Source of the DNA: a virus | IMG/VR virus record: IMGVR_UViG_3300037882_001801 | Location: 1-64,000 of that record | Strand: one strand, 5' to 3' | Length of the DNA: 64,000 nucleotides | Part shown: positions 19,109 through 27,741 of the stretch, in pieces | Position numbering within the stretch: the first letter of the stretch is position 1 | How the letters are laid out: each line of letters opens with the position of its first letter | Notes under the pieces: generated by a model | Told to the model about the DNA's origin: nothing | Database searches by the model: none | The model's input: only the letters and a program-made list of their open reading frames with translations | Made by a program: the position numbers and the translations under genes

Positions 19109-19149
19109 GAAGGCTGTCGCTAAGGGGAGGTGGGGGAGCGACAGCCTTC
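19109..19149. terminator. Hairpin between convergent transcription units
   Basis: A perfect 12-bp stem (GAAGGCTGTCGC with GCGACAGCCTTC) has a 17-nt G-rich loop. It lies between the 19076 (+) and 19214 (-) gene ends. The U-tract is weak on both strands. Confidence 0.55.
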
Positions 19150-19213
19150 ATCAACCGGCCTAGTGGTTCGATCCTAGCCAACCAGAGTTAAGTCAGCAGG
19201 TATAGGCCGGGGT

Positions 19214-19624
19214 TCAGTGAGCCGCGCTGGGCGTCTCTTGGGTGTCGGCTTTCTGCCTTCGCCCTGGTCTGGAACCAGATGCTTGCGCAACGGCGGATGC
19301 AGGTGCGGCTACGACGCCATGCTGGGCCTTGGCCGGAACCTCTTTCTCTTTGAGTGCCCCCGCCGTTTTGAGCGCATGTTTGGCGCAGACTTGCGCGATT
19401 GCGTGTTCCTGTTGGCGTTCGACGGAATCCTTGGCCAGCCAGACAGCGACCTGGGCGTCAGTCGTCTTGCCTTTCGGCAATTCAGGAACGTGGAAATCCA
19501 TAACCTGAGCGCATTCATTTGGCGCAGTCGGCATGAAGCTTGTCGGGAGAAGATTATTCTTCTCGCAAGCGCTGACGCCGAACGCGACGGTTGTGATCAA
19601 AGCCACAGTGCGAAGTTTCGTCAT
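19214..19624 (-). CDS. Lipoprotein (o-spanin candidate or exclusion-type lipoprotein)
   Basis: The signal peptide carries a lipobox (MTKLRTVALITTVAFGVSAC). RBS is AGGGGA. It is the last gene of the lysis cluster, and at 136 aa is long for an o-spanin. Confidence 0.65.
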   Translation of the reverse strand: MTKLRTVALITTVAFGVSACEKNNLLPTSFMPTAPNECAQVMDFHVPELPKGKTTDAQVAVWLAKDSVERQQEHAIAQVCAKHALKTAGALKEKEVPAKAQHGVVAAPASAVAQASGSRPGRRQKADTQETPSAAH

Positions 19625-19660
19625 GACAGTTCCCCTTAAAATTTGCTTGAGTAGCGCACG

Positions 19661-20149
19661 TCACTGTGACGGCGTTCCACTCGGTTTCCCTTTGGTGCCA
19701 CGGACTTCGTTGATTAGATCGATCGTCTCAGACTCGACAGGATCGGGTTTCTCAGTGCGCCAGATGCCGCTGATGACAATAGACAGGATCTTGTCCAGTG
19801 TCTTGACGACATGGGTTGTGATCTTCTGCTCAGCCGCAGTCTCAGCGTTGATCTTCCCCACCTTGTCGATGGTTTCGATGTTTCGTGTCTCGACGCGCGA
19901 TTTTTGCTGTGCGCGTTCACGCGCTGTGAAGTGTTGATTGGCCAACGCGTAGATGCCGGTGCCTATGATCAGAACCAACACGACACGTCCGGCCGTTGTG
20001 TAGACGAACCAGCGTGCTGTTGCGAGAAATCCTTGTGCTGTCGCCGTGATAGGAGACGAGCCCAATTTCAGTAGGCTGAACCCAGCCCGAGCGTACTTGA
20101 CGATGGTTGCAAGCCAACCAACTGCTTTAGCCGTGCTTGAAGAAGACAT
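19661..20149 (-). CDS. Membrane protein of the lysis cluster (i-spanin or holin candidate)
   Basis: A TM segment (VVLVLIIGTGIYAL) is followed by a charged helical region. Its start overlaps the endolysin 3' end by 23 nt. Confidence 0.55.
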   Translation of the reverse strand: MSSSSTAKAVGWLATIVKYARAGFSLLKLGSSPITATAQGFLATARWFVYTTAGRVVLVLIIGTGIYALANQHFTARERAQQKSRVETRNIETIDKVGKINAETAAEQKITTHVVKTLDKILSIVISGIWRTEKPDPVESETIDLINEVRGTKGKPSGTPSQ

Positions 20150-20768
20150 GATTTCCTATCCTTTTCCCTTGCCCTTGAGCCCACGTAGGAAGGGTGCCCC
20201 CAGTCCTGGCCATCACGATGTTTGGCTCCAAGAAGTGAGTAGCACCATCAGTCGGGTCTTGAATGTCTCCTGCGAGACACGCCAAGACCATTTTTTCTAT
20301 GTTTCTGTATCGTTCAGAAGTAGTTGGTATTTCCCACAGATATTCTGCCCTGGACATCCAAGGCTCGAATTGCCACGTGGTTATTTTTCTTCCATTCGCT
20401 AGAGTTCTAGTAGATTTGTGCATTGACACATTGGCGAGTTGGTTCCCGCCATACCATTTTACATTCTTTCGTGCGCGATTGATAATCACCCATACAACTG
20501 CAGCTTGACCAGCTTCTGGTTCGCGAGCGGCTTCACCAATAACGGTTCGAACCACTACATCAATATCCTTGTCGGTGATGATGATATGATCCCAACGCTT
20601 ATTGGTTTGTGGAAACATTACATTTTCATAAGAATCTCTAATAAACCATCCGGCGATTGAGTTAGGCTGATGGAGTTCGAACGCCCAAACGAACAGACCG
20701 AGGGCGAGCGCTGAGAGCCCACCCTCGATTAGCCGATATGTTTTTAGCGTGCGTTTCACGTGAAACAT
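20127..20768 (-). CDS. Endolysin, SleB-type cell-wall hydrolase with N-terminal membrane anchor
   Basis: VVRTVIGEAAREPEAGQAAVVWVIINRARK matches the SleB/Hydrolase_2 core as I recall it. There is an N-terminal hydrophobic segment (LSALALGLFVWAF). Confidence 0.75.
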   Translation of the reverse strand: MFHVKRTLKTYRLIEGGLSALALGLFVWAFELHQPNSIAGWFIRDSYENVMFPQTNKRWDHIIITDKDIDVVVRTVIGEAAREPEAGQAAVVWVIINRARKNVKWYGGNQLANVSMHKSTRTLANGRKITTWQFEPWMSRAEYLWEIPTTSERYRNIEKMVLACLAGDIQDPTDGATHFLEPNIVMARTGGTLPTWAQGQGKRIGNHVFFKHG

Positions 20769-22147
20769 TACCGTTGACGGAGAGCTGCACCAACAACGCG
20801 ACCGTCATGCGAGACTGTGATGTTTGCTGACACACCGATCTCTTTGACCATCGCACCGAAACGGTCGACCGTTGCGTGCGTGATCTGGTTATCACGACAC
20901 CACATCACATAGTCGTCGTGCACGAGCCCGAGCTGCTGCGAAAATGCCGGACCCATGTTCGTGCGCACAGTAAAGTATTTGTGAATCTGCATAGCCATCG
21001 GCTGCTCACGCAATGGCGCATTGGTTAGCGTGTGCGCTATAGCGATGCCAGATTGAGCCGACTGGAATTGCGCAACAGTCTCCAAGACGGAGCGTTGTGC
21101 GACTTCCTTGGCCCGACCGACTGCACGCTCTAACTTCGCCCGACCGAGCATCGCGTTGCGTTCGTCTTTGATCGCAGCGTTGACCATAAATCCATGAGCG
21201 CCCCACAACATGTGGATGATCAGCGCTGCGATAGCAGCAATGATCGAAGCTTTGAACATGGTCACAGTCTCAGGCGTGGTTCCGAGAATTTTAGCCAGAA
21301 CAACATCCTGCGCGTTTGCTGTGCGGACACTTGACCGATTGGAATTCATCATGTTGCCGGTCAGGCGGTTCACGTCAGCGTTAGCTTGAGCCAGAGCCGA
21401 AGCTTCTTCGCGTCCAGTGCTTAGCGCGTTGTACTTCTGACAAAGGTCGCGCTCATTGGACGAACGCTGTTGGCCTCGACAGCCATCAGTACGGTCACCA
21501 AGATTTTCTTTCCTCGTAACCATTGTGGACAGCAGCGCAGCCATCTCAGATTGAAACTGCCCTTCGGATTTTGCCCCGACTCTTGAAGTCAAATCCAAAA
21601 CTTTTTTCTGGGCGATGGCTAAGGCAGAGCGATCTGAACTGGCCACAGCTGCACGCGCTTCTGAACGTGCTGCTGTAGTGTCGGCCCCCGTGCTGAATTT
21701 CGATTGGAGAATCAGCAGCGAAAACGACACACCAAGCCCGAATGCCACAGCCCCGGCAATGCGGACCAGCCAACGTGATTCGCCCTTAGCTCCCCACGAC
21801 AACATGTGAGCCGAAACCGGAATGGTCAGCTCCATTGCGAAGTACAGAATGCCTATGGCGATAGCAGAAACGAGGACGTTCTCCCCGAGCCGTGTCGATG
21901 AGAAGCCATAGTATGAGTTGAGACACGCGAAGCAGAGCGTGCCGGTCAGCAAGACCCAGAACGCTACTGATTTAACGTTGTGTGAAATGACCTGTTGAAG
22001 GTGCGAATCAGACCACGTCTTTTCGTCGGTGAGACGGTGGAGTTCTTCTTCCATACCCGCCAGATCTGTAGGCGGTGGCGCATTATTGGCGTTCGCAGTG
22101 ACAGGTGCGCCAGCACCTGAGCCACCACGCCGAAGGCGAGAGAGCAT
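20768..22147 (-). CDS. 459-aa four-TM / coiled-coil protein, translationally coupled to the endolysin
   Basis: Three TM helices lie at about residues 60-150, then a long Ala/Arg/Glu-rich helical stretch, then a fourth TM (IIAAIAALIIHMLWGAHGF). The C-terminal ~140-aa soluble domain contains DDYVMWCRDNQITHATVDRFGAMVKEIG. Its stop overlaps the endolysin ATG as TAATG. Confidence 0.6.
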   Translation of the reverse strand: MLSRLRRGGSGAGAPVTANANNAPPPTDLAGMEEELHRLTDEKTWSDSHLQQVISHNVKSVAFWVLLTGTLCFACLNSYYGFSSTRLGENVLVSAIAIGILYFAMELTIPVSAHMLSWGAKGESRWLVRIAGAVAFGLGVSFSLLILQSKFSTGADTTAARSEARAAVASSDRSALAIAQKKVLDLTSRVGAKSEGQFQSEMAALLSTMVTRKENLGDRTDGCRGQQRSSNERDLCQKYNALSTGREEASALAQANADVNRLTGNMMNSNRSSVRTANAQDVVLAKILGTTPETVTMFKASIIAAIAALIIHMLWGAHGFMVNAAIKDERNAMLGRAKLERAVGRAKEVAQRSVLETVAQFQSAQSGIAIAHTLTNAPLREQPMAMQIHKYFTVRTNMGPAFSQQLGLVHDDYVMWCRDNQITHATVDRFGAMVKEIGVSANITVSHDGRVVGAALRQR

Positions 22148-22264
22148 GCGGTATACCCCTTCATTGTTCGCCTGAACGCACGAGAGTTAGCCCACTCCCA
22201 GGTGTACGAACGGCAACAGTCAACTTACGCTCATACCCAGACAGGGTCAACAAAAGAGCCGTGT

Positions 22265-24643
22265 CTATGCAGCCACACTTAACAGGGGAAGCTTCTCACG
22301 TTTAGGGTGACCCTCCCCGTAGTTGTTCACCTGAACCACTTCGAAATCCAGCGGAGCGATCTGATCAGTGCCAAAGTCGCTGATATAGTTTGTGATGGTA
22401 TAGATGTATCTTTGCTCTGTAACGTTTGCAGTACGGACAACTGCTCCAGTGCTGTTTCGAATCGTGACTCTGTATTCCTCGAAGGTTTCACCTAACGGCG
22501 GATCAACTGTATCCCAGGTATCACCTTCTCGGCGCGCACGCCGCTTCCAGCTTATGATGTATGAAGAACCAAGGCGGTCTAGCCTGACATTCGTTGGACT
22601 GTAGCAACGCATTGTCTCGTTAGAAACAGTATAAGACTCATTTTGAAATGTTGGGTGACCTATAGTGTAAACAGCTGGTCCATAACTTAAATTGTACACA
22701 TTACCAAGCTCTGAAGCTGTAAAGTTAAAATCTTGAAGCGCAGTGTTGAAGACAACGAAAGTAGAATAGTTAGCGACATTAACATCGAGTGCGTAATCAG
22801 ACCCACGTTGTGCACGCAAGAACCGTGATAATTCATAAGTGTTTTCAGCAATAAGAGTAGCGTTGACAAACTGGATAACCTCCCAAGTGCCAGCTGAGTT
22901 CTGAACAAGGGCCGTGTTTGTGCCCGATAGTACAGCGGAATCGGTCGCGGAACTCAGCTGACCATTGGCCATTTTTACAACCAGCTTAGTCGACGTATCC
23001 CAAATGCCAGTGACACCTCTCTGCCACACAGTTCCCGGCTGGATCGCCCCGACAAAAGCGCGTTGGGTCACGTTCTTCTTGAGTGTGTAGCCGCTTGTCG
23101 TAGCACTGCTGTACACAGAAACAGTTGTCGGCCAGGGCGTTTGATTCGACGCGATGTAACTCTGACCGTCAATGTCACTGTCAACCAACAGCGGTGACTT
23201 GACGATGAATATCTTGCTTTGACCGTAGACAGGTGCAACTTGTGAAGGGATGGGCTTTCTGTCTGAACTTATGAAAATGTTGTTAGTTGGTTGGTTAATC
23301 GATTTCACTGCCGCAATACGACGCGCAAAGCCTTCTTCGACCGAGACGACTTTCAACGTGATAATACGGCCTGTGTTCATATAGTCGCCAACACCAACCA
23401 AATCGGTTGGCTCGATTCTCAACATCGAAGGCATCAAAGTTAACTCGGCAGTCTCCCGCTCGATCCAAGACTGCGCCAGGATCGAATCGCTAACTGACTG
23501 AGCGTAAGAACGTCTAAGAACTGTGGGTGAGTTAGATTCAACCTTTCGAGAAGTCCTTACTAGCTGACGTGATGAACTGACTGTTGAAATGGAATATTCA
23601 TTATCGCGATCTTGATATTTTAAGACGTGATAAAGTGGAAGATCGGTTTCTTGTAAACGATTAAGCGTAATTAATGGTTGGTAAGCATCAGAGTCTACAG
23701 TTGAAGATGTTTGAGCAGAATCTGCACCGTTAGGATCAAGAAGTTCAAGTTGATCTATTATGACAGGTTGTACAACTTTGTTGCGCGCAACAAACTTTAT
23801 AACAGAGCCACTTTCAATTACTTCGGCCAGACCAACCGCTAGTAGTGGCTGTAAAGAATCGCGCAAAGAGGCTACGTTGTTTAGTATATAGCCTTGAACT
23901 TCTCCTGGAAGATCTATGTTAAATTCGCTGAATGAATAATCTTCCATAATGTTTTTTATGATACGTTCTATAGCTCTGTTATCCATAACAGATTTATCTG
24001 TTGGAGCGTCAGACCAAAAGACGGTAGGTTTTTTTGTAATCTCAAAATTACATTGTGGAATTCTATTTCCATATTTTGCTAAAGGCATTCGCTCAAAGAT
24101 GATGTAAGCTACACCTCTATAAGCAGGTGCGTTACCCGAACCTTCTTTAGTTTCGATTAAAGAGTCAGGTAGCTGTGTTTCACTACCTAAGTAAATCCTG
24201 TGTGTATAGTCAGACAATGCAGTTTCTTTACCGTCGATCCACATTTTGTCGACGCTCGTGATTTCTCCCTCACAAAGAGCAAGCGCAAAGTTGCCAAAAT
24301 AGTCATAAGACTGCCCAGCGCTAGAACTACCGCCCCCGCCCTTACCACCAGAACCAGATCCCGCAGGAACTTCCTCGAACTCGGTGGCCCAAATAACTTC
24401 AGCACCTACACGAACTGTGCCGTACACACGCGGGATCGCAATGCCCTCAGTGGAGCTGGTGACTTTGAGAGAATCTAGCTTAGGTGAGCCAGTCTGATCA
24501 GATGGTTTTGCACCAAATAGCTTACCATCAATGTAGCTACCTGCGACCGACGCGGCGGCTAGCGCCACAGAAGCCAGGACCGTACCTACAGCAGCGGATG
24601 ACGCGAAGGTACTTGCTAGCGCTACGAGGGCCAGTGTTGCCAT
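22265..24643 (-). CDS. Host-specificity / central tail-tip protein (RcGTA g15-like)
   Basis: The N-terminus (hydrophobic leader, SLKVTSSTEGIAIPRVYGTVRVGAEVIWATEF, Gly-rich GGKGGGGS, ALCEGEI, AYRGVAYIIFERMPL..YGNRIPQCNFE) matches the g15/Phage-tail_3 pattern. It follows the NlpC/P60 gene as in GTA clusters. Confidence 0.75.
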   Translation of the reverse strand: MATLALVALASTFASSAAVGTVLASVALAAASVAGSYIDGKLFGAKPSDQTGSPKLDSLKVTSSTEGIAIPRVYGTVRVGAEVIWATEFEEVPAGSGSGGKGGGGSSSAGQSYDYFGNFALALCEGEITSVDKMWIDGKETALSDYTHRIYLGSETQLPDSLIETKEGSGNAPAYRGVAYIIFERMPLAKYGNRIPQCNFEITKKPTVFWSDAPTDKSVMDNRAIERIIKNIMEDYSFSEFNIDLPGEVQGYILNNVASLRDSLQPLLAVGLAEVIESGSVIKFVARNKVVQPVIIDQLELLDPNGADSAQTSSTVDSDAYQPLITLNRLQETDLPLYHVLKYQDRDNEYSISTVSSSRQLVRTSRKVESNSPTVLRRSYAQSVSDSILAQSWIERETAELTLMPSMLRIEPTDLVGVGDYMNTGRIITLKVVSVEEGFARRIAAVKSINQPTNNIFISSDRKPIPSQVAPVYGQSKIFIVKSPLLVDSDIDGQSYIASNQTPWPTTVSVYSSATTSGYTLKKNVTQRAFVGAIQPGTVWQRGVTGIWDTSTKLVVKMANGQLSSATDSAVLSGTNTALVQNSAGTWEVIQFVNATLIAENTYELSRFLRAQRGSDYALDVNVANYSTFVVFNTALQDFNFTASELGNVYNLSYGPAVYTIGHPTFQNESYTVSNETMRCYSPTNVRLDRLGSSYIISWKRRARREGDTWDTVDPPLGETFEEYRVTIRNSTGAVVRTANVTEQRYIYTITNYISDFGTDQIAPLDFEVVQVNNYGEGHPKREKLPLLSVAA

Positions 24644-24650
24644 ATCTAGC

Positions 24651-25181
24651 TCAGCTTTCCACGACCATCAGGCTAGGGCTGACAAACGAGAAGACGCCAG
24701 CCAGACGCTTATGCCACCATGAGCCAAGGTATACTTCACAGACCTTGTGACCCTCAACTGCATGGATCATCCTACCCCCGCCTGCAAGGATCGCAGAATG
24801 CTTAGCAGGTGAAGTCTCGGTGTGTCGAAAAATAACAACATCGCCTGCCATGCCGACTGGCGTACCGTGCCCAGAAAAAGCCGGGAACGTCTGTTCGACC
24901 ATCCATCGCTTGGCAGCGGCGAGCATTTGTTCTTCGCCTGTGGCCTCTGCCCAGTCGCGTGTATAGGGGGGAGCCTTTTCAGGAGGCTGCGCACCATAAA
25001 GTTCAGCCCAGACACCACGAATCAGCCCGAAGCAATCACAGCCTACACCTTTAAGTGCTGCTTGATGGTGGTAAGGAGTTCCGATCCAGGCACGCGTCAG
25101 TTGAACTATATGTTCACGTTCCGCGTTAGTTACGGTGCGTGTTGAATTGGCAGCAACGACTTCTGTACTAAGATTTTTCAT
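24651..25181 (-). CDS. NlpC/P60 cell-wall peptidase (RcGTA g14-like)
   Basis: GTPYHHQAALKGVGCDCFGLIRGVW contains the catalytic Cys context. A downstream His lies in GDVVIFRH...HSAIL. Confidence 0.8.
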   Translation of the reverse strand: MKNLSTEVVAANSTRTVTNAEREHIVQLTRAWIGTPYHHQAALKGVGCDCFGLIRGVWAELYGAQPPEKAPPYTRDWAEATGEEQMLAAAKRWMVEQTFPAFSGHGTPVGMAGDVVIFRHTETSPAKHSAILAGGGRMIHAVEGHKVCEVYLGSWWHKRLAGVFSFVSPSLMVVES

Positions 25182-25189
25182 TTCAACCT

Positions 25190-26167
25190 CTAAGCTTCGC
25201 CACCACCACCAGTTCCAGTAGGTTCATTGTTCGTTTGTGATTCACCGAAAGTATCTGTAAGTGGTGCGGCAGTGTTATTTTCACCTTTTCGAGCGTAACG
25301 CACCATAAGATCCGTGCCAGGAATTGTAGGAAAGCCTCTAAAGTTTATTACATTGTTAAATTTATTTTTACAAGTTGTTGCAGCCTTATTACATCCTACC
25401 TGAGCGATTCCTTTTTCACTAACACTAACACTGGCGTATATTGGTTCCCACAATCGAATATAAAAATCACCTTCTTCATCTATGGGATCGGTGCTCAGCG
25501 TATGGACATAGATTTCTACTTTACTATTGGCGTTCGCACCTGTAGTCCATGAAATTAAACCACGGCTGAAGTAATCAGATAAATTATGTAAACCTTCCAA
25601 GAATGAATCAAATCTACACACAAATGTGATAGAATCTACAATACGTGTAACTGTAAACGCGTGTGACAAACCTACAAGTGACACACCACATCGAGAGTCG
25701 CCTAGATTGGCATCACAATCGTACTGGTAAATACGACCACGTTGCTGCTGAGCTTTATGTGGTATACCTCTAAACTCTGCAGTGAAATAGTTTAACGAAC
25801 GCTTCACTTGCCCAATTGAACCTTTCTTGTACAAAATTCGTTGAGCAGATTCTGCCCAATTTACACGGTAAACATAGACCTCTGCGTTGTCATAAAGCCC
25901 AAGCCTTATGTCTTGTTCTGTAATGGCATCCGATTTCAACACACCTGAAAGATCAGCGTTGTCGACACTCATTCCAGCTTCTTCGTGCAGTTCAGACGCC
26001 GTAGCGCCAGTCTCTGGTTCGAACACAGTGTTCTCGAAGGAGATTTCATTGTCGTGGTCAGTGAATCCTAAAACCTTACCGTCTGTACGCAAAATCTTCC
26101 AACACCAGCACAACGTTGTTGCGCCAGTGTTCAAGTGGTCTTGTAAAGAGATCGGTATTTCGCGCAT
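25190..26167 (-). CDS. DUF2163 / BR0599-type tail hub protein (RcGTA g13-like)
   Basis: LQDHLNTGATTLCWCWKILRTDGKVLGFTDHDNEISF...VDNADLSGVL...CDANLGDSRCGV closely follows the conserved g13 pattern. Confidence 0.8.
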   Translation of the reverse strand: MREIPISLQDHLNTGATTLCWCWKILRTDGKVLGFTDHDNEISFENTVFEPETGATASELHEEAGMSVDNADLSGVLKSDAITEQDIRLGLYDNAEVYVYRVNWAESAQRILYKKGSIGQVKRSLNYFTAEFRGIPHKAQQQRGRIYQYDCDANLGDSRCGVSLVGLSHAFTVTRIVDSITFVCRFDSFLEGLHNLSDYFSRGLISWTTGANANSKVEIYVHTLSTDPIDEEGDFYIRLWEPIYASVSVSEKGIAQVGCNKAATTCKNKFNNVINFRGFPTIPGTDLMVRYARKGENNTAAPLTDTFGESQTNNEPTGTGGGGEA

Positions 26168-26183
26168 GAGCTGAACCCAGTTA

Positions 26184-26465
26184 TCAGTTCAAGGGTTCGT
26201 GGACTGGCAATTCTACAGGTAAAGTAAGAGGTTCAGCTTGTGCAACATATTCAGCGGCGGTTTGATGAGGCACTGAAGATGTTACAGGACGCGATTCAAG
26301 CTCCTTCTTCAAGCGAGCTATTTCAAGGGCTTGCTCGTTGTTAACGCGTTGTGATTTGAGCAGCGCGGCGCTCAACATCAAATTGCGATTGGTGGCGCTG
26401 GTCAAGTTTCCTTCTAACACTTGGATAAGGTCGTTAGGGTCTACTTGGAATTGGGTGTCTGCCAT
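26184..26465 (-). CDS. Small coiled-coil protein (93 aa), possible fibre assembly/linker protein
   Basis: ATG 26465 has GGAGG upstream, 16 nt after the preceding stop. The track's longer ORF (to 26603) overlaps the upstream gene. Helical heptad-like segment: NEQALEIARLKKELE. Confidence 0.55.
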   Translation of the reverse strand: MADTQFQVDPNDLIQVLEGNLTSATNRNLMLSAALLKSQRVNNEQALEIARLKKELESRPVTSSVPHQTAAEYVAQAEPLTLPVELPVHEPLN

Positions 26466-26481
26466 GGGTAGCCTCCGTAGT

Positions 26482-27708
26482 TTAGTCGTCGATGAGACCG
26501 TGACCTGTAGTCGCTCGAAGACGTGTGAGTAAAGCATTAATCGCAGCACGTGCTTGCGTGTCAATCGTAGTGCCGCCTGTCGCGTTTGGAATAGACGCAC
26601 CACGAATACCTATGATTTTTTGGTTATTGACACGAAACTCTCCATTGGGTGCAATATTTAGGTATGGTGCAACACCACTTTCTATTTTGATAATTTCTTG
26701 ATTGTTCGCACCTATAATGACAGGAGTGTTCTCATAGTTCCAAATTCGTAGTTGGTTTGAAGTCCATACACCTACGGATGCTCCATCAGTTCCACTATTA
26801 CCTGTAGACCCTGTAGTGTAGTGCGTATGTGCCCCTTTACCACCAGAGTCAGCATGTAGCTGCATAAATGTACCTTGTACTTCCGACGACGCACCAAACA
26901 CACCAATACCAACGGACGTGTTGTCATCTCCGCCTGTGGTATGAATACGTGGGATCGCTACGCCTACTGTATTTGTAGTCAACACCAACCAGCCAATGCC
27001 AGGAGTGCCAGCGCCACCAGCCAAGCCCCCTTGAAATTGAAATGTATAAGGGTAAGGACCAATACTCTCAGACACACCAGCGTTCATCAGCGCGTGATCA
27101 AACCCAGTATAAGCATTGTTGTAATCTGGAACCTTAAATGTAATACCTGGGGTTTGTGTTAAAGCTTTTGCCGTGTGTACACCGGAACCAACAGATGTCG
27201 TTGTCAACGGCGATCCGGCATAAGTCGTAGAAACTCTAAAAGAGTTTGCCGTATAACTGCTGTTTCCGACGTAATAAACAGTATTTGCAGTAAGAGGTGC
27301 CGGAAGCACACCTGTTGTAGTAAAGGCAATTTCTGAACCTATTGGAATACCGTGCGCGGCTGCTGAAAAAGTTGCAGGCGCGCTGTTAGAGATTGTGACA
27401 GTTTTTGTGACGACTCTGCCACGTACAATATTGTCAGAGTGCAACTCTAAAGATGTATCAGAGATCGCGAAACGTCCAGTAACGCCATTAGGCGCTACGA
27501 CAAAGGTTGTGCCACCATACCCTGCAATACCTATGCCTGCATAAGCAGTCGTTCCAACCTTCAGAGTGCTAGAGCCAAGAGCCCCGGCGAAATCTGTGAC
27601 AGTAGTTCTCTTTGTAACACCACCTTGTACCACAACTATAAGCTCAGCCCCTGTAAGAGCTGTAGCGGGATCAAGGGCGCTTATTGTACGATCAACCATA
27701 GGTTCCAC
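26482..27708 (-). CDS. Fibre-like protein (408 aa) inserted between the g12-like and g13-like genes
   Basis: Gly/Thr/Ser/Asn-rich beta-type composition. The N-terminus is TISALDPATALTGAELIVVVQGGVTKRTTVTDF and the C-terminus is TIDTQARAAINALLTRLRATTGHGLIDD. No enzymatic motifs. Confidence 0.55.
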   Translation of the reverse strand: MEPMVDRTISALDPATALTGAELIVVVQGGVTKRTTVTDFAGALGSSTLKVGTTAYAGIGIAGYGGTTFVVAPNGVTGRFAISDTSLELHSDNIVRGRVVTKTVTISNSAPATFSAAAHGIPIGSEIAFTTTGVLPAPLTANTVYYVGNSSYTANSFRVSTTYAGSPLTTTSVGSGVHTAKALTQTPGITFKVPDYNNAYTGFDHALMNAGVSESIGPYPYTFQFQGGLAGGAGTPGIGWLVLTTNTVGVAIPRIHTTGGDDNTSVGIGVFGASSEVQGTFMQLHADSGGKGAHTHYTTGSTGNSGTDGASVGVWTSNQLRIWNYENTPVIIGANNQEIIKIESGVAPYLNIAPNGEFRVNNQKIIGIRGASIPNATGGTTIDTQARAAINALLTRLRATTGHGLIDD

Positions 27709-27741
27709 TCCACACTTTTACAGTCGCAGTCCACAGATCGT

